Source: Bacillota bacterium
GTDB lineage: Bacteria > Bacillota > SHA-98 > Ch115 > JABLXJ01
Direction: 5' to 3'
Length of the DNA: 64,000 nt
Assembly: GCA_013178125.1 (NCBI GenBank)
Contig: JABLXJ010000008.1
Coordinates: 78,305-142,304, forward strand
Positions 1-9,876 of this stretch are shown piece after piece. Numbering within the stretch: the stretch's first letter is position 1; each line of letters opens with the position of its first letter. Made by a program: the position numbers and the translations under genes. Under the pieces are notes generated by a model, which saw only the letters and a program-made list of their open reading frames with translations, ran no database searches and was not told the origin of the DNA.

Positions 1-388
1 CATCCCTCGATGTCAACCTCATCAAGAGCTCGCGCGCAAGCTGCTGGGAGTGAACGATTATATCCGGAAAGCCCTGAATTATGAACCTGTTATAGTTGAC
101 CAGGCCGGGCGTAAAGTCGTGCATGGTCGCTACAGCGCTCACCCCCGCCTGCGCGAGCCGCTCAACAGTCTTGGCCAGGAGCCCGATGTCGTAAAGGACA
201 TACTCGAACTGGAAATGCGCCAGGGTCAACTCTTGCTCGATGATGCGAGTTGCCGCCTCAACCCCGCAGCTCGGGATCAGCCTGACATACCCCCCCAGGT
301 TCTCGAGCTCGCCTGCAAGTGCCCTCGAATATTCAGATATCCCGCACCGTTTCCCGAGGGACGGCACTACCATGCCGACCCTCATCAT
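1..388 (-). CDS. Glycosyltransferase family 4 protein, 3' end runs off the window (absent from ORF track)
   Basis: Hand translation from ATG at 388 (GGAGGGAG RBS): MMRVGMVVPSLGKRCGISEYSRALA...HFQFEY...VATMHDF...IIVHSQQ; open to the window edge; GT-B N-terminal pattern. Confidence 0.75.
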   Translation of the reverse strand, partial: MMRVGMVVPSLGKRCGISEYSRALAGELENLGGYVRLIPSCGVEAATRIIEQELTLAHFQFEYVLYDIGLLAKTVERLAQAGVSAVATMHDFTPGLVNYNRFIIQGFPDIIVHSQQLARELLMRLTSRD

Positions 389-448
389 GGTCTCCCTCCG
401 GTGCTCCTGATATCCCGGCTTTTGATATCCCATCCCCGCATCCCACCT

Positions 449-1573
449 TCATTGTTGCCCCTGGATTTCGAGGAGCCTCTCATACATCTTCCCGGTGGAA
501 CTATCCCAGCTGAACCTCTCCCTCACATACCCACTCGCCCTCATCCCAACAGCCCTCGCCGCATCCCGGTTTTCATAGACCTGCCGCATCAGCCTCTTGA
601 GATGAGCCACGCTGGGCCGGGCCCAGTACGCCCCGTCATAGACTGCGTCATTGGCGATCCCGAAACGGGGTATCGGCTCCAGCCCCTCGATGTCTACGAG
701 GTAGCTATTGTCAGCATTCATGAAGTCGAGGTGCGCGGACCACCTGGTGCTTATAACCGGTAAGCCGCAAGCCATGGCTTCCATAGCCGGCATGTTCCAG
801 CCCTCCCCCCTCGTGGGGAGCACAAAGCAGTCCGCCGCCGCATACAGTTGCGGGACGGCAGCCGGGGGCAGGATGGAAGCCATGACTATAATCGGTGGGC
901 CGCTTGACCCCACCTGCGCCCTGAGGTTGTCAACCTCGCCCTTGATCTTAACCCCATTAGGGTCATAGCTGCTGTTATCGTGGACCTTCAGGATGAGACA
1001 CACATCCTCGTCCGCGCGAAACTCCTCCAAGAAGGCCCTTATGAGCAGGTCATAACCCTTGCGCGGGATCCACTCGAATACTGATAGAAAGGCGAAGCCC
1101 CGCCTCCCCGGGATGTAGAGGGGAGGCACGCCGGGCCGGAAGCGGTCGGCGTCCACCCCAAGATGCATGACCCTGACCTTTTCCGCCGGCATGCCGCTGG
1201 CTGTAAATGTGTGGTAATTAAAGGTCGAGGGCACCCATATTTCATTCATCATATTGCACCTTCCCACCCAGCTCGCCGGGATGCGGTCGCTTTCGAGCAT
1301 GGTGAGCCCGATGCTGTAACTCCCGGGGGTCGGGGAGAAGAAGGCACCGATGAATACAAAGAGGCTCACAGGGTTCACCATTGTCCCCGAATTATTTATC
1401 ATTCGCGAGAATAGCTCCTCCTCTCGCGGATCAAGCCCCACGCTAGTGACCCCGAGTCGCTTTGGTATGAGCCTGATATTCACCCCGCGCCTGTGCAGGT
1501 TTAAGAGAATATTCCGATTCACCTCTGCATACCCTACAGCCTCAAAGACAGGACCGATATCTATGAGATTCAA
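449..1573 (-). CDS. Glycosyltransferase family 4 protein
   Basis: RKGYDLLI, FVLPTRGEGWNMPAMEAMACGLPVI GT4 motif; ORF extends to 1666, TTG at 1573 chosen as likely start. Confidence 0.85.
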   Translation of the reverse strand: MNLIDIGPVFEAVGYAEVNRNILLNLHRRGVNIRLIPKRLGVTSVGLDPREEELFSRMINNSGTMVNPVSLFVFIGAFFSPTPGSYSIGLTMLESDRIPASWVGRCNMMNEIWVPSTFNYHTFTASGMPAEKVRVMHLGVDADRFRPGVPPLYIPGRRGFAFLSVFEWIPRKGYDLLIRAFLEEFRADEDVCLILKVHDNSSYDPNGVKIKGEVDNLRAQVGSSGPPIIVMASILPPAAVPQLYAAADCFVLPTRGEGWNMPAMEAMACGLPVISTRWSAHLDFMNADNSYLVDIEGLEPIPRFGIANDAVYDGAYWARPSVAHLKRLMRQVYENRDAARAVGMRASGYVRERFSWDSSTGKMYERLLEIQGQQ

Positions 1574-1841
1574 GCGAACCACCCCAGCTACATATGCGTC
1601 CCATATATGTATGGCCAGTACGGGTATATCCACCCGATTTTTACGATATATTATGCTATTATGCACGGCCGGTGTACCTGGTTAAGGATGCCCTGCCGAG
1701 TCGCTCCAACTTTGAAAGTCATCCTGCGGGGATTCCTGGAATACATAATTAAGGGGATTTCAGAGGGGCTCACCGATCAACCGGGCGGGGTTGAGCAACC
1801 AATTGAGCATCGGTTGAGCAATCGTGGGGTTAAACCAGATT

Positions 1842-1928
1842 AGACCCCCATGCGCTGGTGCAGCGCCACAGAGAATGAAAATGAGATCGAATCTCTAATT
1901 GAAAATAGTTGGGTTATCTCCGGGGTAA
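1842..1928 (-). mobile_element. CT-bounded two-hairpin mini-element, copy 1 (left boundary TT)
   Basis: Reverse complement: TT-ACCCCGGAGATA...CATTTTCATTCTCTGTGGCGCTG-CAC-CAGCGCATGGGGGT-CT; matches copies at 18031, 48065 and 62473. Confidence 0.65.
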
Positions 1929-1990
1929 TTGCAGGTTGGTTGCAGGTGAAAAAGCTCGCGTAGAGGTCCGGACTAATGGGAGGGCTTAAT

Positions 1991-2758
1991 ATGCGGAAGC
2001 TGGTTGTGGTCTTCGTTCTCAGGGAGGCTATCTACTCTCTCGCAGCCCTGGTGGGAATGGCCGTCCTCGTCGGGCTCCTGGCTGCTGAGACCGTTATAAG
2101 GGTGCTCGGGCCCGCGACAAGTCCTGTCACTGGAAAGATCATCGTGATCGACCCGGGCCACGGGGGCATCGACCCGGGCGCCAATGATGCACAGGGAGTC
2201 AAGGAAAAGGATATCGTCCTGGCCATAGCCTCGGAGCTCCGGACCCTACTGGGAACGGTAAAGGCGATCCCGATCCAGACCAGGCTGGGTGACTGGGACC
2301 TGAGCGATATCTACCCTGACGAGCGAACGAGGCACCGGCAAGACCTCATGGCCAGGGTCCACATAGCCCATAAAAGTCAGGCCGATGCCCTCGTCAGCAT
2401 ACATGTCAATAAGTCGAGGTCAGCGAGCGCCTCGGGCGCCGTGACATTTTACAACCCCAATCAGCCTGAGAGCAAGCGCCTCGCCGCCGCGCTCCAGCGC
2501 AGGCTCAGGGAGCTCCAGCCGGAAACCGCGGGCTGGATCCTGCCCGGGGATTACTACATCCTCCGCGAGTCGAAGGTGCCCACCGTCATCGTAGAGGTCG
2601 GCTTCATCTCCAACCCCGAGGAGAAGAGGCTCCTCCTCACCGGTGAATACCGCCAGAAGCTCGCGCAGGCTATATTCGAGGGATTGTGCGACTTCTTTAG
2701 GGGCTCCCCTCTCTCTCCTTCTAACCAGGACCCCGTCCCCCTCACCAGGTCCCGATGA
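1991..2758 (+). CDS. cwlD: N-acetylmuramoyl-L-alanine amidase (Amidase_3, CwlD-like)
   Basis: N-terminal TM segment; IDPGHGGIDPG, EKDIVL, SIHVN, VIVEVGFISNPEE zinc amidase motifs. Confidence 0.75.
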   Translation: MRKLVVVFVLREAIYSLAALVGMAVLVGLLAAETVIRVLGPATSPVTGKIIVIDPGHGGIDPGANDAQGVKEKDIVLAIASELRTLLGTVKAIPIQTRLGDWDLSDIYPDERTRHRQDLMARVHIAHKSQADALVSIHVNKSRSASASGAVTFYNPNQPESKRLAAALQRRLRELQPETAGWILPGDYYILRESKVPTVIVEVGFISNPEEKRLLLTGEYRQKLAQAIFEGLCDFFRGSPLSPSNQDPVPLTRSR

Positions 2759-3488
2759 AGAGCTGGGTGAACATCTTACCGTAAGGCCCTCCATTTACAA
2801 TCCCGATCCCCACGCGATTATACGAAGGATTGAGGATATTCGCCCTGTGGCCTTCGCTGCTCATCAAGGCGCTGTGGGCCTGAGCCACGGTCGGGGCCCC
2901 GGCGATGTTCTCTCCTGCAGCCCTGTAGCTTATTCCCGCCCGCTTCAACATGTCAAAGGGCGAGCCATATGTGGGGGAATAATGGCTGAAGTAATTGCGC
3001 GCGATCATATCCGCGCTCTTCTGTCGCGCAAGCTCAACAAGCCTCATGTCGACCTGGAGGGGCGCAAGGCCCGCCCTTGACCGCTCCTGGTTTATAAGAT
3101 CGAGCATCTGCTGCTCATCAGCGGTCAGCCCACCCTGAGGCGGCTGAGGTTGTGGTTGTGGCTGGGGCTGCGGTTGGGGCTGGGGCTGCGGTTGGGGCTG
3201 GGGCTGCGGCGCAGGGTTCGTTGGCCTGTAAATATAGTAGTAGGTCCCACCGCTCCCACTCCAGTGCCAGGTATTACCCGACGTGCTGTAGTAATTTCCG
3301 GGCCTGTAAGTATAGACATAGGTGGCCCCTGACCCGGAGCTGCTCGAAGAGTAGCCAGAGTAGCCCTGGTATGTAGTCCCTCCGCTGGAGTAGTATGTGG
3401 CCGCGAATACGCTAGCCGGAATCAAGAGAAAAACAACCATGAATATGAGGACAAGAGCCTGTAAAGTAACGTTCTTCCGCCTTTGCAT
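2742..3488 (-). CDS. Secreted CAP/SCP domain protein (YkwD-like) with Pro-Gln linker
   Basis: Signal peptide; PQ repeat; CAP motifs YFSHYSPTYGSPFDML, AGENIA, SEGHRANIL. Confidence 0.9.
   Translation of the reverse strand: MQRRKNVTLQALVLIFMVVFLLIPASVFAATYYSSGGTTYQGYSGYSSSSSGSGATYVYTYRPGNYYSTSGNTWHWSGSGGTYYYIYRPTNPAPQPQPQPQPQPQPQPQPQPQPQPPQGGLTADEQQMLDLINQERSRAGLAPLQVDMRLVELARQKSADMIARNYFSHYSPTYGSPFDMLKRAGISYRAAGENIAGAPTVAQAHSALMSSEGHRANILNPSYNRVGIGIVNGGPYGKMFTQLFIGTW
3140..3207 (-). repeat. 6-bp-period tandem repeat encoding (PQ)n linker
   Basis: ggctgcggttggggctggggctgc... encoding PQPQPQ. Confidence 0.85.
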
Positions 3489-3653
3489 AACGCTTACTTC
3501 CCCTTTCGGTGAAATGAATTACGTGATGAATACACGAGATTGGAGAGGGTCGCCTCTTTATGTTAACTAACTCGGCCAGCTATTTCAACACACTATTCCA
3601 GGGAACCTAAGAAGATCGAGGCATGGGAGGAATATCCTTGGCAGGATGGAAAT

Positions 3654-3682
3654 AAAAAAATAAAGCTGGCCGGCTGGCCAGC
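3654..3682 (-). terminator. Rho-independent terminator after the protease gene
   Basis: GCTGGCC/GGCCAGC stem followed by a T-run on the minus strand. Confidence 0.6.
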
Positions 3683-3730
3683 GCATGTCTCGTAGATATG
3701 AACTAGATATGAAGAACTAGAATATGGACT

Positions 3731-4753
3731 TTAGAAGAACTCGACTTCTAGGAGCCTCATGACATCCTGTATACGGTTACAGACCGTGACCTGATCAGAA
3801 CCTGCGAATAGCAGCCCGACAGCGTAGTTATCGGCATCGAGGACGAGCGACCCGCTATCACCACCTTGCGCCATGGGCCCTGCGAGAATCTGGCCTTCGA
3901 ATTCGGCGAAGGATTGGTCGCCGTAGCCTACACGAATGGTCGCATCCAGGGCCTGGACTTGGGATGTATTGAGACCCGTGGTCCTGCCGCTCTTCTTCAC
4001 GGACATCCCGAGCTCCGCCTCCTTGACCCCCGCGACCCTCCCCACCTCCAGGATATCCGGGATCACCAGGTCATCGGAAAGCGGCTTTGCGACAGCTGCG
4101 TCTACGAGATTGGTCTTGCCTGTTTCCTTGAATAGCTTTATGCTGTAGCCCGGCCTGAACTGCGCCATCCGGTAGTTCAGAACCTTCTCAAAGATCTGGG
4201 CGATGGGGCAGGTCGACGACCCCAGGCCCTTATGTATAGGCACAAACCTCTCCAGCGTGCCGATCTGGTCATCGCCGACCGTTCCGCCGTCGTAGGGGCC
4301 CGGCTGGAGCACAGGATCGCCGATCTTGGCCCTCCCATCCGCACCGTCCGTGGCATTGGCCAGGACGTGGTTGTTCGAGAGGATGAGGGGTTTACCCGTC
4401 CCCTTGTCCTTTACCAGGGCCCCAAATGTCCCGGCTGTCACCCGGTAATGAGCTATGCTCACCCCCGGCTGGGCCGGCCGCACCTTGTAGGTTCTCCCCA
4501 GGAACAAGAACCTGATATCGCCTACCTCGATAACGTCTGTGGGTACACCTTCTATCTCCGGGGGCACGAGATGGCCGGGTTTGACCTCGAGGCTCGGCAG
4601 TTTCCTTGTCACGAGAACTACAATGCACTCGTCACCGGCCCTCATACCCTTGACCTTCTTATAGCCCCTGGCGACCCCCACGACATTATCAAGACGCATG
4701 AGATAATCTCGGTGTATATTTAAGGCTTGCTTAACCCTAATAGTCCTATCCAC
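3731..4753 (-). CDS. Trypsin-like (Nal1-like) serine protease, no signal peptide
   Basis: Triad-like motifs LSNNHVL, VDAAVAK, GDSGS. Confidence 0.75.
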   Translation of the reverse strand: MDRTIRVKQALNIHRDYLMRLDNVVGVARGYKKVKGMRAGDECIVVLVTRKLPSLEVKPGHLVPPEIEGVPTDVIEVGDIRFLFLGRTYKVRPAQPGVSIAHYRVTAGTFGALVKDKGTGKPLILSNNHVLANATDGADGRAKIGDPVLQPGPYDGGTVGDDQIGTLERFVPIHKGLGSSTCPIAQIFEKVLNYRMAQFRPGYSIKLFKETGKTNLVDAAVAKPLSDDLVIPDILEVGRVAGVKEAELGMSVKKSGRTTGLNTSQVQALDATIRVGYGDQSFAEFEGQILAGPMAQGGDSGSLVLDADNYAVGLLFAGSDQVTVCNRIQDVMRLLEVEFF

Positions 4754-4853
4754 AATTCACCACTCCCCTTGGCACTATCCGCCTTTTAATCCTGATCCTT
4801 GGCTGATTTATGTATATTCCTCGAGAGGAGGAGTGGTGAATTGCGCAGACCGC

Positions 4854-5204
4854 CTACCTCGATGGCCAGGTCCAGATGAGAAGGGTCGGCAGGAGCCTGT
4901 TGAGGAAAGGCTGAATGATGGTCAAGAAAATCGAGAGGGCCGCGACGGGGTCCAGCTTCACCCCGAAGAACGAGGCCCGCTCGGGCACGGTGATCTTCAA
5001 GAAGTTGATCAGCATGATGAGAGCGAGATATATCCCACCGGCCGTGCCTACGAACTCGACAATCGCCTCCGATAACGGCGAGCTTCTTGGCTCCGGCAGC
5101 GACGGCTCCTTCTCCTCCGATCTCTTAACCCTGGATGCGACCCGCTCGCGTATGGATAGGAAGACCAGCGCTAGAAGGATGATCAGGAGGATGAGAATCT
5201 CCAT
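4854..5204 (-). CDS. Small membrane protein, hypothetical
   Basis: GGAGGTG RBS; three hydrophobic segments; upstream sigmaE-like TCATA...CATAGAT on the minus strand. Confidence 0.7.
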   Translation of the reverse strand: MEILILLIILLALVFLSIRERVASRVKRSEEKEPSLPEPRSSPLSEAIVEFVGTAGGIYLALIMLINFLKITVPERASFFGVKLDPVAALSIFLTIIQPFLNRLLPTLLIWTWPSR

Positions 5205-5371
5205 GGCTTGACACCTCCGCTACGGTTTTCCTAACCTCCTAAGGATATCTATAGGATATCTATGCGGTGTAGCCTGGGAGGTATGAATTCATTTTATCCA
5301 GGTATCCAAGTCAATTTATCCAGGTCAATGCGAGCCGGGGGGCGAGCATATGAGCGGCAAAATGAATAAAA

Positions 5372-5410
5372 TAAAATGAAAAGCAGGGCGTGTAGAATGC
5401 GCCCTGCCTT
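5372..5410 (-). terminator. Rho-independent terminator downstream of veg
   Basis: GCAGGGCG/CGCCCTGC stem then TTTTCATTTT on the minus strand. Confidence 0.7.
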
Positions 5411-5460
5411 CGCCCCTTTATATTATGCCTTTATATGCGGGTGATAAGAATCTATAAGTC

Positions 5461-5739
5461 TTAAAGCCCCGCGCACCCAATCCGCTTTTCCTTATCCTTG
5501 CTATATACCGAAAGTTCGACCGTTTCCGTGAGAACATCTGCATATGTGAAGGAAACCCGCTTCTCGGCTCCAGGTTTCTCATTCAGCCTTACAATAAACA
5601 CTTTTGGATAGGTTCTTTCGAGGATGCCTTCGACCTCAATTACCTTCTTGCGCCCCTGGTTTGCCTTGAGCCGAACCCTCTTGCCCACGAATGATTCCAT
5701 GTCTTCCTTGATTCTATCGAGGACGTTTTTGGCCGCCAT
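5461..5739 (-). CDS. veg: Veg family protein
   Basis: GKRVRLKANQGRKK, YPKVFIV, SFTYADVLT; follows yabG as in Bacillus. Confidence 0.93.
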   Translation of the reverse strand: MAAKNVLDRIKEDMESFVGKRVRLKANQGRKKVIEVEGILERTYPKVFIVRLNEKPGAEKRVSFTYADVLTETVELSVYSKDKEKRIGCAGL

Positions 5740-5788
5740 ACCTATCACCTTCCTTTGAGGGGCCATATACAAACACATATACATATCA

Positions 5789-5817
5789 ATGATACTACGA
5801 GTCCTCGATTATGTCAA
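5789..5817 (-). promoter_or_regulatory. sigmaA promoter of veg
   Basis: TTGACA-17 bp-TATCAT on the minus strand. Confidence 0.75.
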
Positions 5818-5952
5818 GAAAAATGTTAGTATACCAACAATTGATGTCCGTCGTCAAGGGTTCTAAACGCCCAAACATCTCGCATTCCAAGCGATTTCAA
5901 GCGCCCATGGGCCTGTAGCACCGAATCATAAGCATCTTTTGCACGAAACCTT

Positions 5953-6831
5953 TTAATCTGTCTTCGGTTTAGGGAGGCCGAGCCTGAACTTGCCACGGGT
6001 CTCGACCCCACCCATACCCTTTATGCCGGTAATGGTGTTTTCTATTACCTCATATACCTGCGCAATATTATCGACCGGAGTGAATGAGATTTTCTCAGCC
6101 ACCAGGATAGGATCATAACAGTGAATAAAGACGCGCTCAGGGGAGCTCGCGAAGTTAGCTCCGGCATCAATCAGCGCCTCATAATGAGACTGGCATGCCC
6201 CCGCCACTATAACGAGAGCATCCCTATCCGGTTGAAACCTGCGTGCCTTTCTCACTGCTTCAACAAAGAAACGCGACGTCCGGTAGCTGTCGAGGTCGTT
6301 CCGGTTGCCCCTCTTAGTAGCCAGGCCATCGTGCCCCGTCATGACAACTATCTCCGGCAGGTAGTCCTCCAGCAGCTCTGTTATCCTGTCGGGTTGTTTG
6401 GCCTCCGGAACGTACTCCCCGCGGATGGGCACGCCGAGCTGGCTATAATACTCGAGACATTCCTTCAGGTACTCGTTATCGCCATCGATATGCAGGACCC
6501 TTCCAGGCAATTCTATAAAATCATGCGCGGGATCCTTCGCTGCCCGCGCCCTGTAACCCCACGCCTTCTCTTCCTGCACCCTGCGCAGGAAGACTTTACG
6601 CGCCGTTTCCTTGGATTCCTTCAGGATATTATGCTTTAGCTCCTCAACCCGCCTGGGATCGACCTTAACCAGGTCTGAAAGTGGCGCGTCCGCAATCAGC
6701 CTCACATTTATCCCCTTGATCAGGGCGCTTCCCCTACGCGCGTCGGGATTTATGATCCTGACGACAGCGAAAAGGAGATCCATCTGATGAGATTTCCTGG
6801 CGACGACATCACCCACCGCGATCTTTTCCAA
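5953..6831 (-). CDS. yabG: Sporulation peptidase YabG
   Basis: VARKSH, RLIADAP, PGRVLHIDGD, TGHDG, AGACQSHYE, GANFASSP; TTG start after GGAGG (ORF extends to 6903). Confidence 0.95.
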   Translation of the reverse strand: MEKIAVGDVVARKSHQMDLLFAVVRIINPDARRGSALIKGINVRLIADAPLSDLVKVDPRRVEELKHNILKESKETARKVFLRRVQEEKAWGYRARAAKDPAHDFIELPGRVLHIDGDNEYLKECLEYYSQLGVPIRGEYVPEAKQPDRITELLEDYLPEIVVMTGHDGLATKRGNRNDLDSYRTSRFFVEAVRKARRFQPDRDALVIVAGACQSHYEALIDAGANFASSPERVFIHCYDPILVAEKISFTPVDNIAQVYEVIENTITGIKGMGGVETRGKFRLGLPKPKTD

Positions 6832-6974
6832 ACCTGCTCCACCTCCCCCCGAGACGACATCTACCTGGGGTATCGGGCAGACCCATACGCATTCCCGATA
6901 CATAGTACGGGGAGGATAGCAAAATGGTGCAGACTAACGGTGGAGCCGTCGCTCCCGATCCTGGGCTAATGACT

Positions 6975-7445
6975 TCATTTCGTGTGCTTGTCCGCAACCT
7001 TTGAGGCGCCATACGAATCGGGCTTGATGCGCGCCTCAAAGCCTGTCCCGGTCACCATCCCTATAACCTCACGAATCAGGTCCTTTGTCGAGCCGTTCTC
7101 ACCGACATCGAGGTGGATTTCCACATTCAGGTCCGAGTGGCCGTTCTGAGCCAGTTTCTCGGCAAGCCTGCTCGCAATGCCCAGACTCTTCGCGGTCTCA
7201 TAAAATATCCGCTGCCTCAAGCTCCGCCCGACTCGTTCCTTCTCCCTAGAATAATAATACCGGGCGCCCTTGCCCACCCGGTGTACGATAATCGCGGTTA
7301 CGAAACAAGTTTCCTCGCGAAGTTGGGAATCAGTGCCTATTATAAGTTTATAGCGGGCGTTTGGCACCTCCTGGACATAGCTTATTATATCCTTGAAAGT
7401 CTCGTTGAAGCTCAGACGGCCCTTTGTAGGGCTTATGAAGATCAT
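6975..7445 (-). CDS. RNase H-like YkuK family protein
   Basis: FISPTKG, IIGTDSQ, EIHLDVG, ASKVADKHTK motifs. Confidence 0.88.
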   Translation of the reverse strand: MIFISPTKGRLSFNETFKDIISYVQEVPNARYKLIIGTDSQLREETCFVTAIIVHRVGKGARYYYSREKERVGRSLRQRIFYETAKSLGIASRLAEKLAQNGHSDLNVEIHLDVGENGSTKDLIREVIGMVTGTGFEARIKPDSYGASKVADKHTK

Positions 7446-7451
7446 ATACTA

Positions 7452-8333
7452 TCACCTTTGATGTTTAAGACTATGAATACAATCAGCTAAACGCGCAAAC
7501 TCCTCTATGCTCAACGTCTCAGCCCGCCGGGATGGATCGACCTGCGCAAGCTCAAACGCGCGATCCAGTCCGGTGTCGCTGAGCACCGGCATAGCCCCCC
7601 TGAGTGCGTTACGTAAAGTCTTCCGCCGTTGCTGGAATCCAGCCCTCACGACGGCAAAAAAGAAGGCCTGGTCGGTTACGCTCACGGGAGGGCCGGTCCT
7701 GACCTTGAGCCGCACCACGGCCGAGTCCACCTCAGGCTCGGGGAGGAACGCGCTGGATGGCACAATAGAAACAATTTCCGGGGAAGTATGAAATTGCACG
7801 GCAATTGAAAAAGCGCCATAATCCTTCCCGCCCGGCCGCGCGGCCATCCTCTCGGCAACCTCTTTCTGGACCATCACGACGATCCTCTCGAATAGCCCCT
7901 TTGAATCCAGCAATTTCAAGATCGTGGGCGTCGTAATGTAGTAAGGCAGGTTGGCCACAGCCTTACACTTTCTTCCTTCATTTATAGCAGAGTGCAGGGT
8001 TTTTGTCAAGTCGACGGCCAGGATGTCGCCGTGGACCAACACTACATTACCCCGGAGCCCCAGGCGCTCCCTGAGGACGCCATAAAGCTCCTCATCCACC
8101 TCCACGGCGATCACACTACGCGCTCGCCTGGATAGCTCCTCCGTCAATGTGCCTATCCCCGGCCCTATCTCTAGAACGATATCCCCCTCGGCCACCTGCG
8201 AGGCGTCGATGATGCCTGCCAGCACCCCTTCATCCACGAGGAAGTGCTGGCCCAGGCGCCTCTTTGCGCTGAGGCCATACCTTCTTATTATCTCCAGAGT
8301 CCTAGCTGCCAACCTGGACTGTTTAACGCTCAT
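7452..8333 (-). CDS. rsmA: 16S rRNA adenine dimethyltransferase RsmA/KsgA
   Basis: LGQHFL, VLEIGPGIG, VANLPYYITTP, MVQKEVAER. Confidence 0.96.
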   Translation of the reverse strand: MSVKQSRLAARTLEIIRRYGLSAKRRLGQHFLVDEGVLAGIIDASQVAEGDIVLEIGPGIGTLTEELSRRARSVIAVEVDEELYGVLRERLGLRGNVVLVHGDILAVDLTKTLHSAINEGRKCKAVANLPYYITTPTILKLLDSKGLFERIVVMVQKEVAERMAARPGGKDYGAFSIAVQFHTSPEIVSIVPSSAFLPEPEVDSAVVRLKVRTGPPVSVTDQAFFFAVVRAGFQQRRKTLRNALRGAMPVLSDTGLDRAFELAQVDPSRRAETLSIEEFARLADCIHSLKHQR

Positions 8334-8525
8334 GTCCTGACATCCACACCTTCTACTTCGCTTAAATACTCCCAAATATACAAAGCGGGAAAACAGGGTC
8401 CTGGCCCCGTCTTCCCGTCGAAGTCACAGCTGTCATGGGAAATCGCTCATGCATAGAATGCTCATGTAATCATCGTGGTATATGGTATTATGTATATAGC
8501 ATCAGCATCGCCCATCAGGGCCCGC

Positions 8526-9560
8526 TTAGGGTTCCAGGAGATACACCCTAACCCTTCGCCTCCCGAATCGCAGGGCCTCTTCAAGGGTGTTAAAACATAG
8601 ATCGATGCGGTTTCCCTGGATTGCGGACCCGGTATCCCCCGCGATCGCCAGCCCGTAACCCTCTATATAAAGCCTCGTCCTGAGGGGTATAACGTCGGGG
8701 TCGACGGCCACGACGCCATATTGCGCTTTGAGCCCGATCGACGTGTACCCATCCGCGTACCTACCGCAACTCGTGGGGCCGGGCTCATAGGCCGTAGCAA
8801 GCATCACATGGGAGTCGCGGTACCTGTAGGTCCCACGTGATGTCGTGAGAGTCCTGAGCGGCTTCCGCATCCCGACCGCTACAACCCTCTTCACGGGCCT
8901 CGAGATCACCCTCTCGGACACCACCTTTTTGCTAACGGGCTTCCCGTCCTTGTAGGTGACCAGGATCTCCTGTTCCTTGAGGCCCTCTCGCCCCTCAGCT
9001 AGGACCCTCGTCCGGCCCCTGTCCATGTTTCGATCTTTTCGCACTTCTTCCTTGAAGGGGATGGTTACCTGTTTCACCTGCCTCTTCTCGGTTACCCTGA
9101 CAATGCGAATAACCATCCCATCGACCACGCGGGCCGCAAGGCCATGGCTGACCTCGTCCCTTGGGCCGATGACAAGGCCAAGCTCCTCCAGGACTTCACC
9201 CACCGTCTCTCTGGACGTCTTGACTTTCCAGGTCTTCTTATCTGCAACCACGCTTAGTGAAACTGCTCTCTTTACTACAATAACCGTGCCATCTCTTATC
9301 GTCTCATTCAAGCCCGGAAGCGTCACGTCCCTCTCGTGAAGCTTTATACCCGCCGCCTCCAGAACGCCTGCAACCGTCGTTGCCGTGGTTGCAACCGAAA
9401 TGACTTGTCCATCAACTTCGATCTTGACGTTCTTCTGCGCCCATACATAGCTCGCGAAAAGGGCAACAATGATAGCTGCGATGCATATTACCTCGAATGT
9501 GCGAGAATCACGGGCGAGGACGGCGAGCCTCTGCTTTCGCAAGGGGCTACCGTGCATCAC
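8526..9560 (-). CDS. yabE: YabE-like cell wall protein (DUF348 repeats, G5 and 3D domains)
   Basis: TM anchor, ubiquitin-like repeats, G5 segment, 3D motif AVDP...DTGSAIQGNRIDL; between tatD and rsmA. Confidence 0.88.
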   Translation of the reverse strand: MMHGSPLRKQRLAVLARDSRTFEVICIAAIIVALFASYVWAQKNVKIEVDGQVISVATTATTVAGVLEAAGIKLHERDVTLPGLNETIRDGTVIVVKRAVSLSVVADKKTWKVKTSRETVGEVLEELGLVIGPRDEVSHGLAARVVDGMVIRIVRVTEKRQVKQVTIPFKEEVRKDRNMDRGRTRVLAEGREGLKEQEILVTYKDGKPVSKKVVSERVISRPVKRVVAVGMRKPLRTLTTSRGTYRYRDSHVMLATAYEPGPTSCGRYADGYTSIGLKAQYGVVAVDPDVIPLRTRLYIEGYGLAIAGDTGSAIQGNRIDLCFNTLEEALRFGRRRVRVYLLEP

Positions 9561-9876
9561 ACCAACCTCCCAAATCCTCCCTCTTTCTCTGCGGTTTTAG
9601 AATTCTAACCTTTTATAACCAGTATAGCCACTCGCATTTCTTTTTATTCAAATCAAGAAACAAAGGTGCACGTCCCCATGCCTGATCTCAGGTGATCTCA
9701 GGCGCTTCTGTCCACCCATCGTCTATTGGAATTCAATTTATGTTCAATCTTTCCATTCGACGTCGCTCTGGCAATTCCTTCTCGATTTTCCTCTAAAATT
9801 TTCCTATACAAATCAAGCCGGGCGCGCCTCCCGGCATCGCGACCGGGGGACCGCGCCCAGCCCAGCTCTATAATGT

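Noticed and set aside
50-763. 237-aa plus-strand ORF and the many other long antisense ORFs (for example 11757-12674, 31996-32874, 45724-46566)
   Set aside because: Shadow frames opposite well-supported genes in GC-rich DNA, with no motifs or RBS.
9672-9706. Further copy of the CT-bounded mini-element (CCCCATGCCTGA hairpin)
   Set aside because: Lacks the AGACCC end and the GAAAAT/ATTTTC stem; too weak to call.
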